A DNA stretch of 45,578 nucleotides from Octopus sinensis (lineage: Eukaryota): contig NW_021834806.1 of the NCBI RefSeq assembly GCF_006345805.1, positions 1 through 45,578 of the forward strand. Reading direction: 5' to 3'. The notes under the pieces are model-generated. The model was not told the origin of the DNA. It did no database searches and was given only the letters and a program-made list of their open reading frames with translations. How positions within the stretch are numbered: position 1 is the first letter of the stretch; each line of letters opens with the position of its first letter. Position numbers and translations under genes: made by a program. This document shows, piece by piece, positions 21,462 to 34,303 of the stretch.

Positions 21462-22965
21462 TAAATATTAGGGAATATATCCAAATTTACAGGGAAAAAA
21501 ATCAGATTTAGGATTAAATCCAATTTTATAGTAAAATATTATAAAATATTATTTGAGACAAAACCACTATTTTGCAAAACAAACAAGGAAAGACTTAATC
21601 AATACATAAATTTAATAAATAGTCAAAAAACCGCCACTACAATCGTTTCTTGTCTTGATCGACAATCTTCAGGTGGACTTCCAATCTAAAAAATCAAAAT
21701 TTAAAATATAAAAATAATACTTTTAAATAATTAAAGTATAAATGAAAAAATATAAGTATATAATCCATATATAACCTATATATAATCCATATCGAAAATA
21801 TAGACTAATTACCACGAATTCCCTAAAAAAACCATGATAAAACAAAACTCTTAAAAACATATAACGATAAAATCTCCCTTTGCTAAACTCTATAACAAAC
21901 CTATAAAGTAAACCCCCTAACCTAAACATTCACACACAAATACACACACGTAAACCACAGACTCACGACTTATACACATACCTATACTAACTTATAAACC
22001 TCAATATACACCAAAACCCACTCCCTCCCCACACAGACAAATTAACACATACATCCCAAAACCTAAATAACAAACCCATATACACATTCACACACAAAAC
22101 ACACACTCACACGCAAAACACTCACACACAAAAGATACATATACTCCCTCACATATACGCCTATACATACTCACTAAAACTCGACATATACAACAATACT
22201 TACACACCCACAAAAAACATTATATACATTTATGAGCTTTAACTCACCTTAGCATCTCTAACAAACAACTTGCAGTAACCCAATCCCATTCTCTATGCCT
22301 ACCTCACTACTACACTATTCCATTCACATTCCAAGCAACGCTAGTCCACCACCCGGTTATTCACGTGGCAAAACGAACACCACTCAAAAATTATGAATGA
22401 AACAATGTAAAAAAATAACCAACACCTAAAATAGACAAAATACCACGAATTACCTAAAAAAAAAAAAAAAACCATGATAAACCAAAACTCATAAAAGCAT
22501 ATAACGATAAAATCTCCCTTTGCTAAACCCTATAACAAACTTATATAGCAATCCCCCTAACCTAAACATTCACACACAAAAAACCCACACGTAAACCACA
22601 GACCCAAGACTTATACACAAACCTATACTAACTTATAAACCTCAATATACACCAAAAACCACTCCCTCCCCACACAGACAAATTAACACATACATCCCAA
22701 ATCCTAAATAACAAACCCAAATACACATTCACACACAAAACACACACTCACACGCAAAACACTCACACACAAAAGATACATATACTCCCTCACATATACG
22801 CATATACATACTCACTAAAACTCGATATATACAACAATATTTACACCCACACTCATACAGATAAATAAATTAATTATACAATAAAAACTCACAACCATCT
22901 CATTGATTAAGTCTTTCCTTGTTTGTTTTGCAAAATAGTGGTTTTGTCTCAAATAATATTTTATA
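21456..22965 (-). mobile_element. About 1.5-kb non-coding HHR element with a partial inverted terminal duplication and an internal direct repeat, flanked by (TA)n
   Basis: 64-bp inverted repeat 21540-21603 / 22902-22965, direct repeat of about 400 bp (21810-22211 / 22441-22850), HHR at 21634-21676, strong A/C strand bias and no meaningful ORF. Confidence 0.7.
21634..21676 (-). ncRNA. Canonical-core type I hammerhead ribozyme
   Basis: Minus strand CCAC-CTGAAGA-TTGTC-GATCAA-GACAA-GAAAC-GATT-GTA-GTGG. Intact CUGANGA/GAAA core with stems I, II and III paired. GUA site; predicted cut between 21638 and 21637. Confidence 0.85.
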
Positions 22966-23789
22966 TATATATATATATATATATGGCCCAGAGCAAGCTA
23001 TAAGAAGTTACACAAGCACTCAGCTCGGAGTTCACTGCTTCTTATAGCAGAAACATTTGTAAGCTATTGTAGATGATTAAATGACTCTTGTTCTCGTAAC
23101 TAATACATCTGGCTGAGTGTGTTGTGTGTGTGTGTGTATGTGTGTGTGTGCGCGCGCGCCTGCATGTGTGTGTGTATGTGTGTGTTTGTGTGTGAGTGTG
23201 TGTTTGTGTGTGCGTGCGTGCATAAAACACATATCAAGTAGAATAAGACAGTAGCTAGAAATTCCTGGTGACGGAACGGAAATGAGATGATGCAATATTC
23301 TTGCTATTACTTGCAGCGAATTTATTACGCAATGGGTGGGGAAAGCGAAATAATTCTAAACAGAACTCGACACTGCGTCACAGAATCGGTTCAGCGGAGA
23401 GAGGTAAGGGCGGGAGATTACATCTTACCGAATTAAAGCTAGTTGTATTTCGATTGTGAAACACTTAAGGATTAAAATCGTTTAATAAAATTATTGAAGT
23501 GAAAACAAACTTTAGAAGTTAACATGTAGATAATTTTTAAGTAAATGTTCAAATGTTATTAAAACGAACAAAACAAAGGAAACAAAAACATGGTAAAAAA
23601 CAACACTCGATCCCCTTAAAAAATTAAAAAGTATTTTCTCACAAGAATCGTGAGATTTTTGTTTGATAGGCGGGAAAATCCTTCAACTAGAACAGAAACT
23701 ACACGAAAATATTTTTGCACCGTTGCGATTAAGAAAAAAAACAGCCATTGGAATGCAGACGGGGGGGGGGTAGCTCACATTACACCGCA

Positions 23790-23965
23790 AGAAGCATAGC
23801 GTCGGTCTCTGGTGCATATATTCGTCTCTGGACGCGACGCTGGTCTGTCCCAAGATTACTCATTTTTACCAGCTGATTGGACTGGTGCAACGTAAAATGA
23901 AATTCTTTGCTTAAGAACACAATGTATCACCCGGTCCATGAATCGAAACCACAATATTACGATAC
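23790..23965 (-). mobile_element. SINE family C2, diverged
   Basis: Reverse match to 43370-43545 (tcgat..ggaccgg..ttgtgttctt..catttcacgttgc..cagctg..gagtaat..gaatatatgc..ccagaga). Confidence 0.65.
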
Positions 23966-24137
23966 CCTTTGCACTTCCACCACACTAGGAGATACACTTA
24001 GAGTAAATTTCAACTGTGCCAATAATATAAGGTCTTCCGATAAATTGTCATATCAATCTGTATGTATACGCATTGGTAGATTCGAAGTCAGTAGATTGGT
24101 AGCCGGTAAATTTACAATACGTTGTCAATGATTTTAA

Positions 24138-24370
24138 CCCTTTGCTTGTCTTATATATGTGTACCACATGTGATATACAAGACGTTTCCCATGTGTTCAT
24201 GTATCATATATAAAACACATTCCCATTTTTATTTTCAACCACCAGAGTAACTTGGGATTTCAAGAAATAAAAGCTTTATATTAGAATCTATAAAACAGCG
24301 GATAACTATGAGTCTAAGAAGCACGAACGTTTAGGACAAACTTATGCAAACGCTTAAAACAGACAAAGAG
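24138..24370. mobile_element. Putative piggyBac-type MITE
   Basis: TTAA(24134-37)-CCCTTTGCTTGTCTT ... AAAACAGACAAAGAG-TTAA(24371-74): imperfect TIRs of about 15 bp with a TTAA target duplication. Confidence 0.5.
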
Positions 24371-26159
24371 TTAAATGCAATGATAGCAATTTGCGTTTGA
24401 CAGAATTGACGGCCTCTATAAGTAAACTGAAGAGGGACTTATCTCAATAATATTGTTAATATAATGTCAATATAAAGATATTCATACTGACAACAATCTG
24501 CTTAAGGCCGGGTTTCATGACTGTATCGCTCAAAGAAAATAACAATGAGGAAATCCCACTTTCGAAAGTTTTGCAATAAGAAAGATTTGCTAATTATATC
24601 TATTCTGTATAGGTTTCCTTCACATCTCTATAATTCATTGTTTTTCTAACGGACGCAACAAAACGTTGGGACAAGGCTTTAAGCGTTGCAGTTAATTTGG
24701 AGGAAATTAGCTTGCTAGAAATACCAACCCAAACAATTTCCAGTCACATTCCACAATCTCTAAGAAAGACATAGCACAATGTGCTCCTACGTGCACTGCC
24801 CCTGAGAAAATGCCTGGCTTGTCATGAGTGAAGCGTCTTTGATTATAGATTCCTTCAGCAAAACTGAAGTGAGGTTAAATTCCAGTAACAACAATGGGAT
24901 ACTAGTTAAAGGTTGCTTTTAAAGTTTCATAATGACTTACCCCAACAATGAAGCCAGCACGTGGTCACCTGATGTGCCAGGAATAGCAGCCAATAAATCC
25001 CTGAAATTACACTCTACTGCTTAAAACAATAGGAAAGAGTACATTAGATGATGTAGTCCAAGATACCTGACAGAATGGGACGGTTAGAAATGGAATGCTT
25101 TTGATCATAAAGGCACTCGATCAGAGCTGACCTACTACTACTACTACTACTCTTTCCATTAAGAAATAACTGTTTCTAATAAAGGCACAAGACTAGCAGC
25201 TTTAAGAGAAGATAAGTCGATTGCATCGAACCAGCACTTCATTTCTACTTTATCTTATCAACTCCAATCTCAGAATCGAATCTCAGAACGTAGAGCCAGA
25301 ACAAATACTGCGACGATTCTGACAGCTATTCCTCATCAACTTACTACATGTACATAGTACATTTTCTTGGTAGGAAAATCACGTTTTATGTGATTTTAGT
25401 GTTTCAATATATTTATTGTCTAATCTGTTCGTGAAAGGAGAAAAGGGTTTGTACTTCTGTCAAGACAAATTGAAATTTTCGAAAAAGAAAAAAAAAGCAT
25501 AGAAAATTTTTTTTTTCGACACTTTGTTTCTATTCCATATGAAAGTTATCGAGGGTGGATAGAGAGGGTGTGGTATGTCACATGTGACATACAAAAGGTG
25601 TTTATTGGTGAATAGAGTATGTTAGTAGGTTATAGTATCTGGAAAGTACCCCAAAATACACGTTGTTGAGGTTTAGACCTAGGTTAGCTGGAATAAAGTG
25701 AACCTACATTCGAACGCGATGCCGTCGTACTTATACAATATCTCTATCTGAGAGTTTCTACATCATCTGTGTCCTTCGTTCCTTTACGATGGCAAGGAAT
25801 GAATATTTGAGGAAGATTTAATTGCTATTTCAAGCAGAAAAATATACTTGATTGTATAAAGCCGGATGTATTCATATGTAACAGAACGTTGTCAGATGTG
25901 ACTTTCTCACCGGTCTCCTTGCTCGATAATCGTCTGCCTCCGATAAAACTGTCGTTTTCCTACAACAAAACTATCGTTTTTCGAAACCCTAACGATTCTG
26001 TCAATTCACAAAACTTCAACTAAAGTAAAAATTGTTTCATGTATAGACAAGGCTTCAAATTTAGTGGAGATAAATGATAATCGATACCATCGATGCCGGA
26101 TTGCACTGGTACATTAAATGATCGACTTTAGTGAGACTTGCACTGTAAACAGAACAAAT

Positions 26160-26395
26160 ACCTATTTCTTTACTACCCACAAGGGGCCAAACACAGAGAG
26201 GACAAACAAGGACAGACAAACGGATTAAGTCGATTACATCGACTCCAGTGCGTAACTGGTACTTAATTTATCGACCCCGAAAGGATGAAAGGCAAAGTCG
26301 ACCTCGGCGGAATTTGAACTGAGAACGTAACGGCAGACGAAATACTGCTACGCTTTTCGCCCGGCGTGCTAACGTTTCTGCCAGCTCGCCGCCTT
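26160..26395 (-). mobile_element. SINE family B, full length
   Basis: Reverse complement of the 19233 and 32739 copies. Confidence 0.92.
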
Positions 26396-26417
26396 TTTAT
26401 TTTTTAAAGTAGGCTTT

Positions 26418-26492
26418 CCCGTACGCGTAGGACTCGAACTTATATCCCTTTGTTAACGTGACTAAATGTGTTACCGATTAGACCAGTGAACC
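26418..26492 (-). pseudogene. tRNA-like remnant or SINE head
   Basis: A-box-like TGGTCTAATCGG and B-box GTTCGAGTCC at tRNA-like spacing, but the acceptor and anticodon stems do not pair. Confidence 0.4.
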
Positions 26493-27109
26493 AGTCTGTC
26501 CATCACGCAAAATACCATCTACCAAATTTCACTTATTAGGCTTTAGCTGACGCGCGACTAAGATAGAAAAATACATTTCTTTTATTTTTTTCTTCTTTTT
26601 GCCTGAAGTGTAATATTTTTAAAGAATATAGAAAGCAGGACGTTGTGATATTGATGCAGTTCTCTAAATCATTAATAATGGTAAAAGAGATTTATCAGTT
26701 TCAACAGCTACTTTTGTTTTGGTGAGAAACGAACAGCAATTTGGCGGGGTTTTTTTTTCTCCTAATTTTCGTATGAGAAGTGGGGAAAAGAAATGGGAAA
26801 GAGAATTTTGGTGAGAGTGACACTTGTATAGTTCACAGACGGAATTTCATTTCTCCTCAGATTGGCACGACCAAATGTCAACATAAGTACAGGTTTAAGA
26901 ACACTGTGAAGTTGATGGACACATTTCTGTAGGAAATGTAGAAATACAAAAATATGTAATAAAATGAAACAGGCATAAAAAAAAAATTACACGGTTGATC
27001 CGACCCTTAATACTGCTTTTCTCTTATTTCCTATGTGTGACTAATTCTTGAAACATCAGAAAGTACTTGAATAATCAGATGTTAAGTCAAGACTGAGAAC
27101 TATCATCCA

Positions 27110-27160
<51 letters not shown>

Positions 27161-27741
27161 AGCCAATGAAAGAACGGAAATGGTGGGTTCCCTTACAAAA
27201 TATGAGATGTCGTAGATCTGATTCGAAATGATTTGAAAAATAATATAACAAAAAATGAAAACAAGAAGATTTGGAATTTCAATGTTAAATTCTTATATTT
27301 TAATGGCCTTCTTGATTTCTTCCTAAATACTTCCTTGTGTGTACATTAGTTTCTTTTTCTTTTCTTTTTTTCTCACATTATCGATGTTGAGACAAAAGAG
27401 TAAGCTGACTTCCAAACCCGATGGCCCTTAGGGACTTCACTGAAAATATTTTCTTCGTGTAATTTAGTCGAGAACCTACTATTATTACTTAGTGTAAGTC
27501 AATCGAGAACCTACTATTATTTCCTACGCTATACACTCTGAACGACTTAAAAAACGTCACTATTATCCATATTGACGCCTTCACCATTGGTAGGAATCGA
27601 ACTATGTATACGTGATCCGAATAATTTGCAAAAAAATGTACACGGCTAAAAAAAAATGCTCAGAGGACCAGGATCGGACGATGTTATTAAACCGAGCTTT
27701 AGATTAAATCTAGCACTCAGTGATATGAGTGGTCTATCCAT

Positions 27742-27885
27742 CGGGCTTCCGTACTGTTTCCGTCTCCTAGTTTCTGTCTCACTAGGCTTCGATTGGCCCG
27801 AATCTACAGTAGAAGACAAGTGCACAGTGAGCATGAAACCTAAATAACATAGTTGAGAAGCGAATCAATTTAACCCTTCAACCAT
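27742..27885 (-). mobile_element. SINE family A, old 5' half
   Basis: cgggcttcc..tgtttccgtct..ggcccgaatctacagtagaagaca resembles the 1068-1233 copy. Confidence 0.6.
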
Positions 27886-28828
27886 ATCTGCACAACACAG
27901 CTGAAGTAGAGTAAAGCACTAAAAGCTGAGGGCAACTAATAACGTTCAGCGTCGACAAAGTTTGACAAATGATTTTATAGAGTGAGAAAGCAGGGTAATT
28001 AACTTGGGGTAACAAGCAGGAATTGAAACCAGCTCCCCCAAAATTTACTTCTTAGTTTATGCTACTCGACTCCTTTGAATGTTACCAACTATAAATCTAA
28101 GTTGCTGGCTGAATTCTTTGACATCCATTTTTCATATCCGGCTCATTAGCTTAACTGAACGTGGACTGGAAGGGTTGTGAATAAAAGGAATACCGGATGG
28201 ACCCCCTTCCATCGGGCATGAAATTACTTGTCAGTCAATGGACGCTCGGCTAAAGATGGACACTTCTGTATGCGTGCGCGCGCACTCACACACACATAAA
28301 CACACACACACGCACATACACACGCACAGACACACACACACACACACACGCACACACACACACACACACACATACACAGAGACGTGTTCCCGCTGCAATC
28401 ATAAGACGATAAGAAAACAGATTAAGGGGAAAAATTGAAATAAAATCTGGCACTGACAGGGACAATTCCCAAATAGACTTCCAGCTGTTGTTAGTCTACT
28501 GCTACTGCTGCTACTACTGCTACCAACACCACCACTACCACTACTACCGCTTCTGTTGCTAATGCAGCTAATGATGGTCATAATCATGATGTAGCCCCGT
28601 TTCATACATTACAGAGTTGAGGTTCACTTTGTGTCACTCCTACAACCTGTGGCAACCATATTTTACGTCAAAACAACCACATTTCCTCTCTTATCCTACC
28701 TTAAGCATAAAACTTGTATTCTAACAAATCTAACTGGCACTATTAATTAAAAGCAACTAAGCGACCTGAGTCAACGGTTTACATGCGACCGCTGGTTGAG
28801 TACAGTTCTCATTATTTCATATCGATAC

Positions 28829-29440
28829 AGGCGGCGAGCTGGCAGAACCGTTAGCACGCCGGGCAAAATATTTAGCGGTATTTCGTCCGTCTTTACGTTC
28901 TGAGTTCAAATACCACCGAGGTTGACTCTTACTTTCATCCTTTCGGATCGATAAAATAAGTAACAATTGAGCACGGGGAACGATGTAATCGACATTTGTC
29001 TCCCTTCAAAATCGCTGACATTATGCCAAAGTGATAAAGGATTATTATATATCGTTAAAGGTGCTATGTTGGCAGAACAGTTAGCACGCCGGACAAAATG
29101 CTTAACAGCATTTCTTTCCGCTTTACTTTCTCATTTTAAATGCTGCTGAGGCTGACTTTGCCTTTCATCCTTTAGGGGTTGATAAAATAAGTAGAAGTTC
29201 AGCACTGATGCCCATGCAATCAACTAGACCCTCTCCTCGAAATTTCAGGTCATGTGAAGTAGAAAGGGTTATTTCATATAGTTTATATTATAGGCATAAG
29301 ACCTGAAATTTACATTGACTCCGGTGTGCAACTGGTATTTATTTCATCGACCCTGAAAGGATGAAAGATAAAGCTGATCTCGTCGGAATTTGAACTCAGA
29401 ACTTAAAGACGGACGAAATGCCGGTAAGATCGCCGCCTTA
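28829..29440. mobile_element. Cluster of SINE family B copies: 28829-29045 (+), 29058-29275 (+), 29288-29440 (-)
   Basis: Repeated ggcagaa..gttagcacgccgg..aaatg..ctttcatcctt..gataaaataagta and its reverse complement. Confidence 0.8.
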
Positions 29441-30259
29441 GAATTATGACATATCGTTAACGATTTCGGTAAAAATATTAAACACTACCATATCCCATTT
29501 TGACTCCCGGCCACCCAGTTAATCTTAGAATTTTAACCTAAACGAACGAAAATTATTATTTGCTAAAACGGGTTCATTGTGGCTCAAAGAAAGAAATGTA
29601 AGATGTTGAAAGTGGCTTTCCCAGTTGTGAGCCCATTGGAATTGTTATATGATTAATTCGTCATATAACAGATATCATAATAGGACAGACATCAGTAAGA
29701 AAGTAGGGAAATGGAAACTAAACAGATCTACATACATAGAAAATCTGTTGGGAAAATACAAAACAATAGAGACATAGAGAGAGAGAGAGGGAGGGGAGGA
29801 GAGATGTATGTATGCACACACACACACATATATATATATAGGCATATACACATACATGCACTCACACACACAAGCATATATGTACGTACGTGTACACACA
29901 TACGTACAGCTATGCACACGGACATGTAGATGGTGGAAGAAAGAAGACTGGAACGGAAATATGTGTCAAGTCCTTAGTACCGAATTTTTCTCTACCATTT
30001 CACACCATCTGACCAACCACCTGTGACGACTTCTAACAATGATTCACTTAAAACTGAAAGAAGCAACTGAAAAAGCAATAACTAGGTCCTAATTATTATT
30101 ATGGGTAAGGATTGTTAGGATGGACGGAAGACTTAAGTGGAGATGATGCGTGGAAGAGATGGCTTGGTGACGATGGAGACGAGATGATGGAGAAGGCATC
30201 GAAAATACAAATAGAAGAGATACGCAGATAGAGGAATCTAAATATGGGCATATAGAGCA

Positions 30260-30290
30260 TATATTATATATATGTGTGTGTGTGTGTGTG

Positions 30291-30325
<35 letters not shown>

Positions 30326-30329
30326 CATC

Positions 30330-30426
<97 letters not shown>

Positions 30427-30500
30427 CTACATATATATAATATATATCATATATATATATATATATATACATATCTATATATATATATAACATATTATAC

Positions 30501-30555
<55 letters not shown>

Positions 30556-30695
30556 CTATATATATATATATACATATATATATATAATATATATACATCT
30601 ATATATATATACATATATATATATATATTATAAATATATATAATATATATTAAATATCTATATATATCTATTACATATATATATATATATATATA

Positions 30696-30758
<63 letters not shown>

Positions 30759-30762
30759 CATA

Positions 30763-30797
<35 letters not shown>

Positions 30798-30858
30798 ATA
30801 TATATATATATACATATATTATATATATATAATATATATATATATATAATATATATAC

Positions 30859-30909
<51 letters not shown>

Positions 30910-31052
30910 ACACATATATATATATATACATATTATATATATACATATACATACTTATATATATATACATATACATATAATACATATATATATATATACA
31001 TATATATATATACATATATCTACATATATATTATATACATATATACATATAC

Positions 31053-31084
<32 letters not shown>

Positions 31085-31185
31085 ATATACATATATATAC
31101 ATATATATAATATACATAAATATATATATATAATATAATATATACATATACAAATACATATATAGATAGCTAGATAGATAGATAG

Positions 31186-31279
<94 letters not shown>

Positions 31280-31282
31280 GAT
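30260..31282. repeat. About 0.9-kb interrupted (TA)n tract followed by (GATA)n
   Basis: Seen directly. Confidence 0.95.
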
Positions 31283-31335
31283 ATACATGGTGCATGCAAA
31301 GTATTAGCAGAGGCTCCGTGAAGGAAAGAAAGGTA

Positions 31336-31369
31336 GTTTTACGTTTCAAACAATTTCTTCGTCAGAAAC
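31336..31369 (-). ncRNA. Minimal hammerhead motif (same family as 1417-1452)
   Basis: Minus strand GTTT-CTGACGA-AGAAATTGTTT-GAAAC-GTA-AAAC, with stem I GTTT/AAAC, a palindromic ACGT stem III and a weak stem II. The 3' end faces the (GATA)n/(TA)n tract. Confidence 0.55.
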
Positions 31370-32738
31370 AGGAGACGGAAGAAAGTAAAAATCATGGATT
31401 GTTGCCGTTTGCAATTGTATCCCAATATAATGAATGGTGGAAGTATTATTAACCATAGCAAAGAATTAATTTTAGTACCGTTTTTGATGCATAAAAGACG
31501 CATGGGTGTATTAGACGACTCCATTTTCAGCACCGCATATTCAGGAGAAAAACGTAGTGTTAGCAACAGCTCTGCGAGTGACTGAAGATTTATTAAATTT
31601 TAATCTAGATAACATTATGTCCCCACTCATTAGATTTAGATAATCTTAACACTAAATTCCTCATCTTGGTTTGATCTAGTGTCAAAGTTTACCAAGAAGT
31701 TTTCCAAAGAGCTGATATCAAACACCATATAACTACATACTTATAGGATTAGATATATGAAACACGAGAGCGCTTGATTGGCTCTTTTCTAGACTACAAC
31801 GAATCTATGCAAGCAGAGTCTACGAAATTTTCTGTACAACAGCGACAACAGTCCCCATATCTGTCTGCCGTAGAAAATTTCAACAAACGTGTTCAGATCA
31901 CATCCTCAAATCCCACTCCCCACTGGACAAAGGTTCCATGCAATGAAATAGTTCAATAATTGAATCATAAAGTGACGAACCCTCCAAGTATCAATCTGTA
32001 CAATGTGAGTATTTACTGTCTCGAGCAGCTTTGTAGTTATCTAGCGTGGCTCGTAATAAGAAGGGTACAAGCTAGCCTGCTGCTTCTGAGATATATTTTT
32101 AGGTACGACCAACAACAACGGGAATATCATTAACAATTGTAACATGGATAACAACATGCTGAGACATATTCAATGACAAAACTCAACATACTTTAAATAT
32201 CATACCGATTCCTTTCTTTCATGCAAAAGAAAAAAAATACAGTTAAAACAGTTAAAATATATGGGAAGAGACATAACAGATGAAGTGATCCTTACTGTTG
32301 TCATTATTGTACAATATTTTTCATGTGTTGTATGGGCATTTTTACAATATTGTCAAGCAATAAAGCGCGTGTGAATCTCACTCACTCTAGTCACGTTCAA
32401 CTTTATTCAAGTTCTTCGTGGATAAATGATAATGTGAAAAATGTACATAGTTCCCGCTTTTATTCTTTTTCTAAGAAAGTGGGCGGAATTAAATGGTGTG
32501 GCCTGTGAAACTTTGTCCACTAGTATCAGTGACGTAGACGATGTGAAATATCTGTAGAATGGAATGATGTAAAAGCTGGGTGGACTGCTGACTCGGCTAT
32601 TCAGGAGCTCACATATACCCAGGCACTCGTGCGACAAATAGAATTCCATTTTCCTTTTTAAATTTCTCTTTGTCTTTTTTTTTTATTTCTTCAATATGTA
32701 TTATCAATGGTATCCATCAAAAGGTAATAACATTGAAG

Positions 32739-32974
32739 AAGGCGGCGGGCTGGCAGAAACGTTAGCACGCCGGGCGAAATGCGTAGCCGTATTTCGTCTG
32801 CCGCTACGTTTTGAGTTCAAATTGCGCCGAAGTCGACTTGCCTTTCATCCTTTCGGGGTCGATTAAATAAGTACCAGTTACGCACTGGGGTCGATATAAT
32901 CGACTTAATCCGTTTGTCTCTCCTTGTTTGTCGCCTCTGTGTTTAGCCCCCTTGTGGGCAGTAAAGAAATAGGT
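32739..32974 (+). mobile_element. SINE family B, full length, with apparent target-site duplication
   Basis: Matches the 19233 copy; aggtaataacattgaag occurs on both sides (about 32722-32738 and 32971-32987). Confidence 0.92.
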
Positions 32975-34285
32975 AATAACATTGAAGTGGTTGAACAAAA
33001 ATAAATCAAAATTTATACATTTCCCAAAGTTTATGCGAAGAATCTGGAAAAATATTCAGTTAAAGCAAGATTCGGAACCGGATCTAGAGGCTCGGTTCTC
33101 CAGGAATTTACAAACATCCTGTATTCTTTAAAACATTTGTATTCTATAATAGCTTAAGATCATCCCAATCGAGAATACGCGACCGACAGCAAAAATAGGT
33201 CAGAGATATGCCGGCTTTTCTAAATTTTAACACGTGGTTTCTTTTCTTTTCTTCCTTTTTATCTATTTTTTCTTTCTTTCTTTTTTACTAGCAGACATGT
33301 GCAGGAAAGCAGAAAGTGTGCTGAGCCGGCAAAATATAACGTTCAGTAGAAATATATATATATATGCGTGTATGTGTGTATCATGGGTGTGAATGCATAT
33401 ATGTATGTATAATCGTGGAGGATTTTTTTTTTTTGCCATGTAAGAACAGAAGTCGGATATATTATCTTTCCTTGTATTGTTTCTTATTTATTATGAATTG
33501 ATCGAAAAAATAAAATGTCGCACTTCTGCGACCTGATTGCTGAAGCAGCTCTACTGTAGCACTGTGTGAACGATCAGTTTGCAGAAGTGAAAGAACATTT
33601 TTATAGCCCTTTATAGACCGAGCTATAAAGAAATAAATGAAATGTGAATATAATTAGTTTTGGTTCTAAGATGACTTAAAAATGTCGCCCACAATGTAAT
33701 TGCTCCAGTTTCAAGACATGGCTCAGATCAAGCCATTTTCCGAAAAAAAAAAAGAAAAAGAACATTCAATATTGAAGTGCGTGCGCGTGTGTGCATATAT
33801 GTGTGTGTGTGTAACGAACGAATTAGTGATATGGAGACAAAGCAAGTGACAATAAATTAATAAATAGTTAAATAAAAATGGATGAATGAGTTCTACGAAA
33901 AAGTAAAGGAAAGAGAAGACAGAAGACATGTGTGTGAACATGGAATGGAAGAATTCTTTAAATGAGGAAAGAAGACGTTGAAGATTGATGAAAAGTAAAG
34001 TCTATAGATTAAAGAAAGAAGGAATAGTTTAAAAGTAAAAAGGTGATTTAAAATAAAGAAAAGGAAGAGGACTTTGGAGAAAATAAATGGCAAAGAAGGA
34101 AATAAAAACTGAGACATGTTACTTACTCATTTCTTGAAGAAGAAATGAATGTTCCTTGGTCTGGAAGAATTTGATCTCCGAAGGAATGCTACCAGTTAAG
34201 ATCTGTACTCAACCCGGTTGAGTGCAAGACTGGTCTGTTACCTAAACTGGTTCCTTACTTATAAACGTTCGAAAATTTCAGAGAA

Positions 34286-34303
34286 TCGCACCAGAGGGCG
34301 CTG
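34286..34303 (+). promoter_or_regulatory. CTCF-like binding motif
   Basis: tcgCACCAGAGGGCGCTG compared with the consensus CCACCAGGGGGCGC, in unique sequence. Motif match only. Confidence 0.35.

Noticed and set aside
24690-25130. Old interspersed repeat with tgctagaaata(g/c)ca-like motifs, also near 25820 and 39070
   Set aside because: Too diverged to delimit or classify by eye.
27468-27522. 20-bp direct repeat tcgagaacctactattatt
   Set aside because: Simple local slippage duplication with only two copies.
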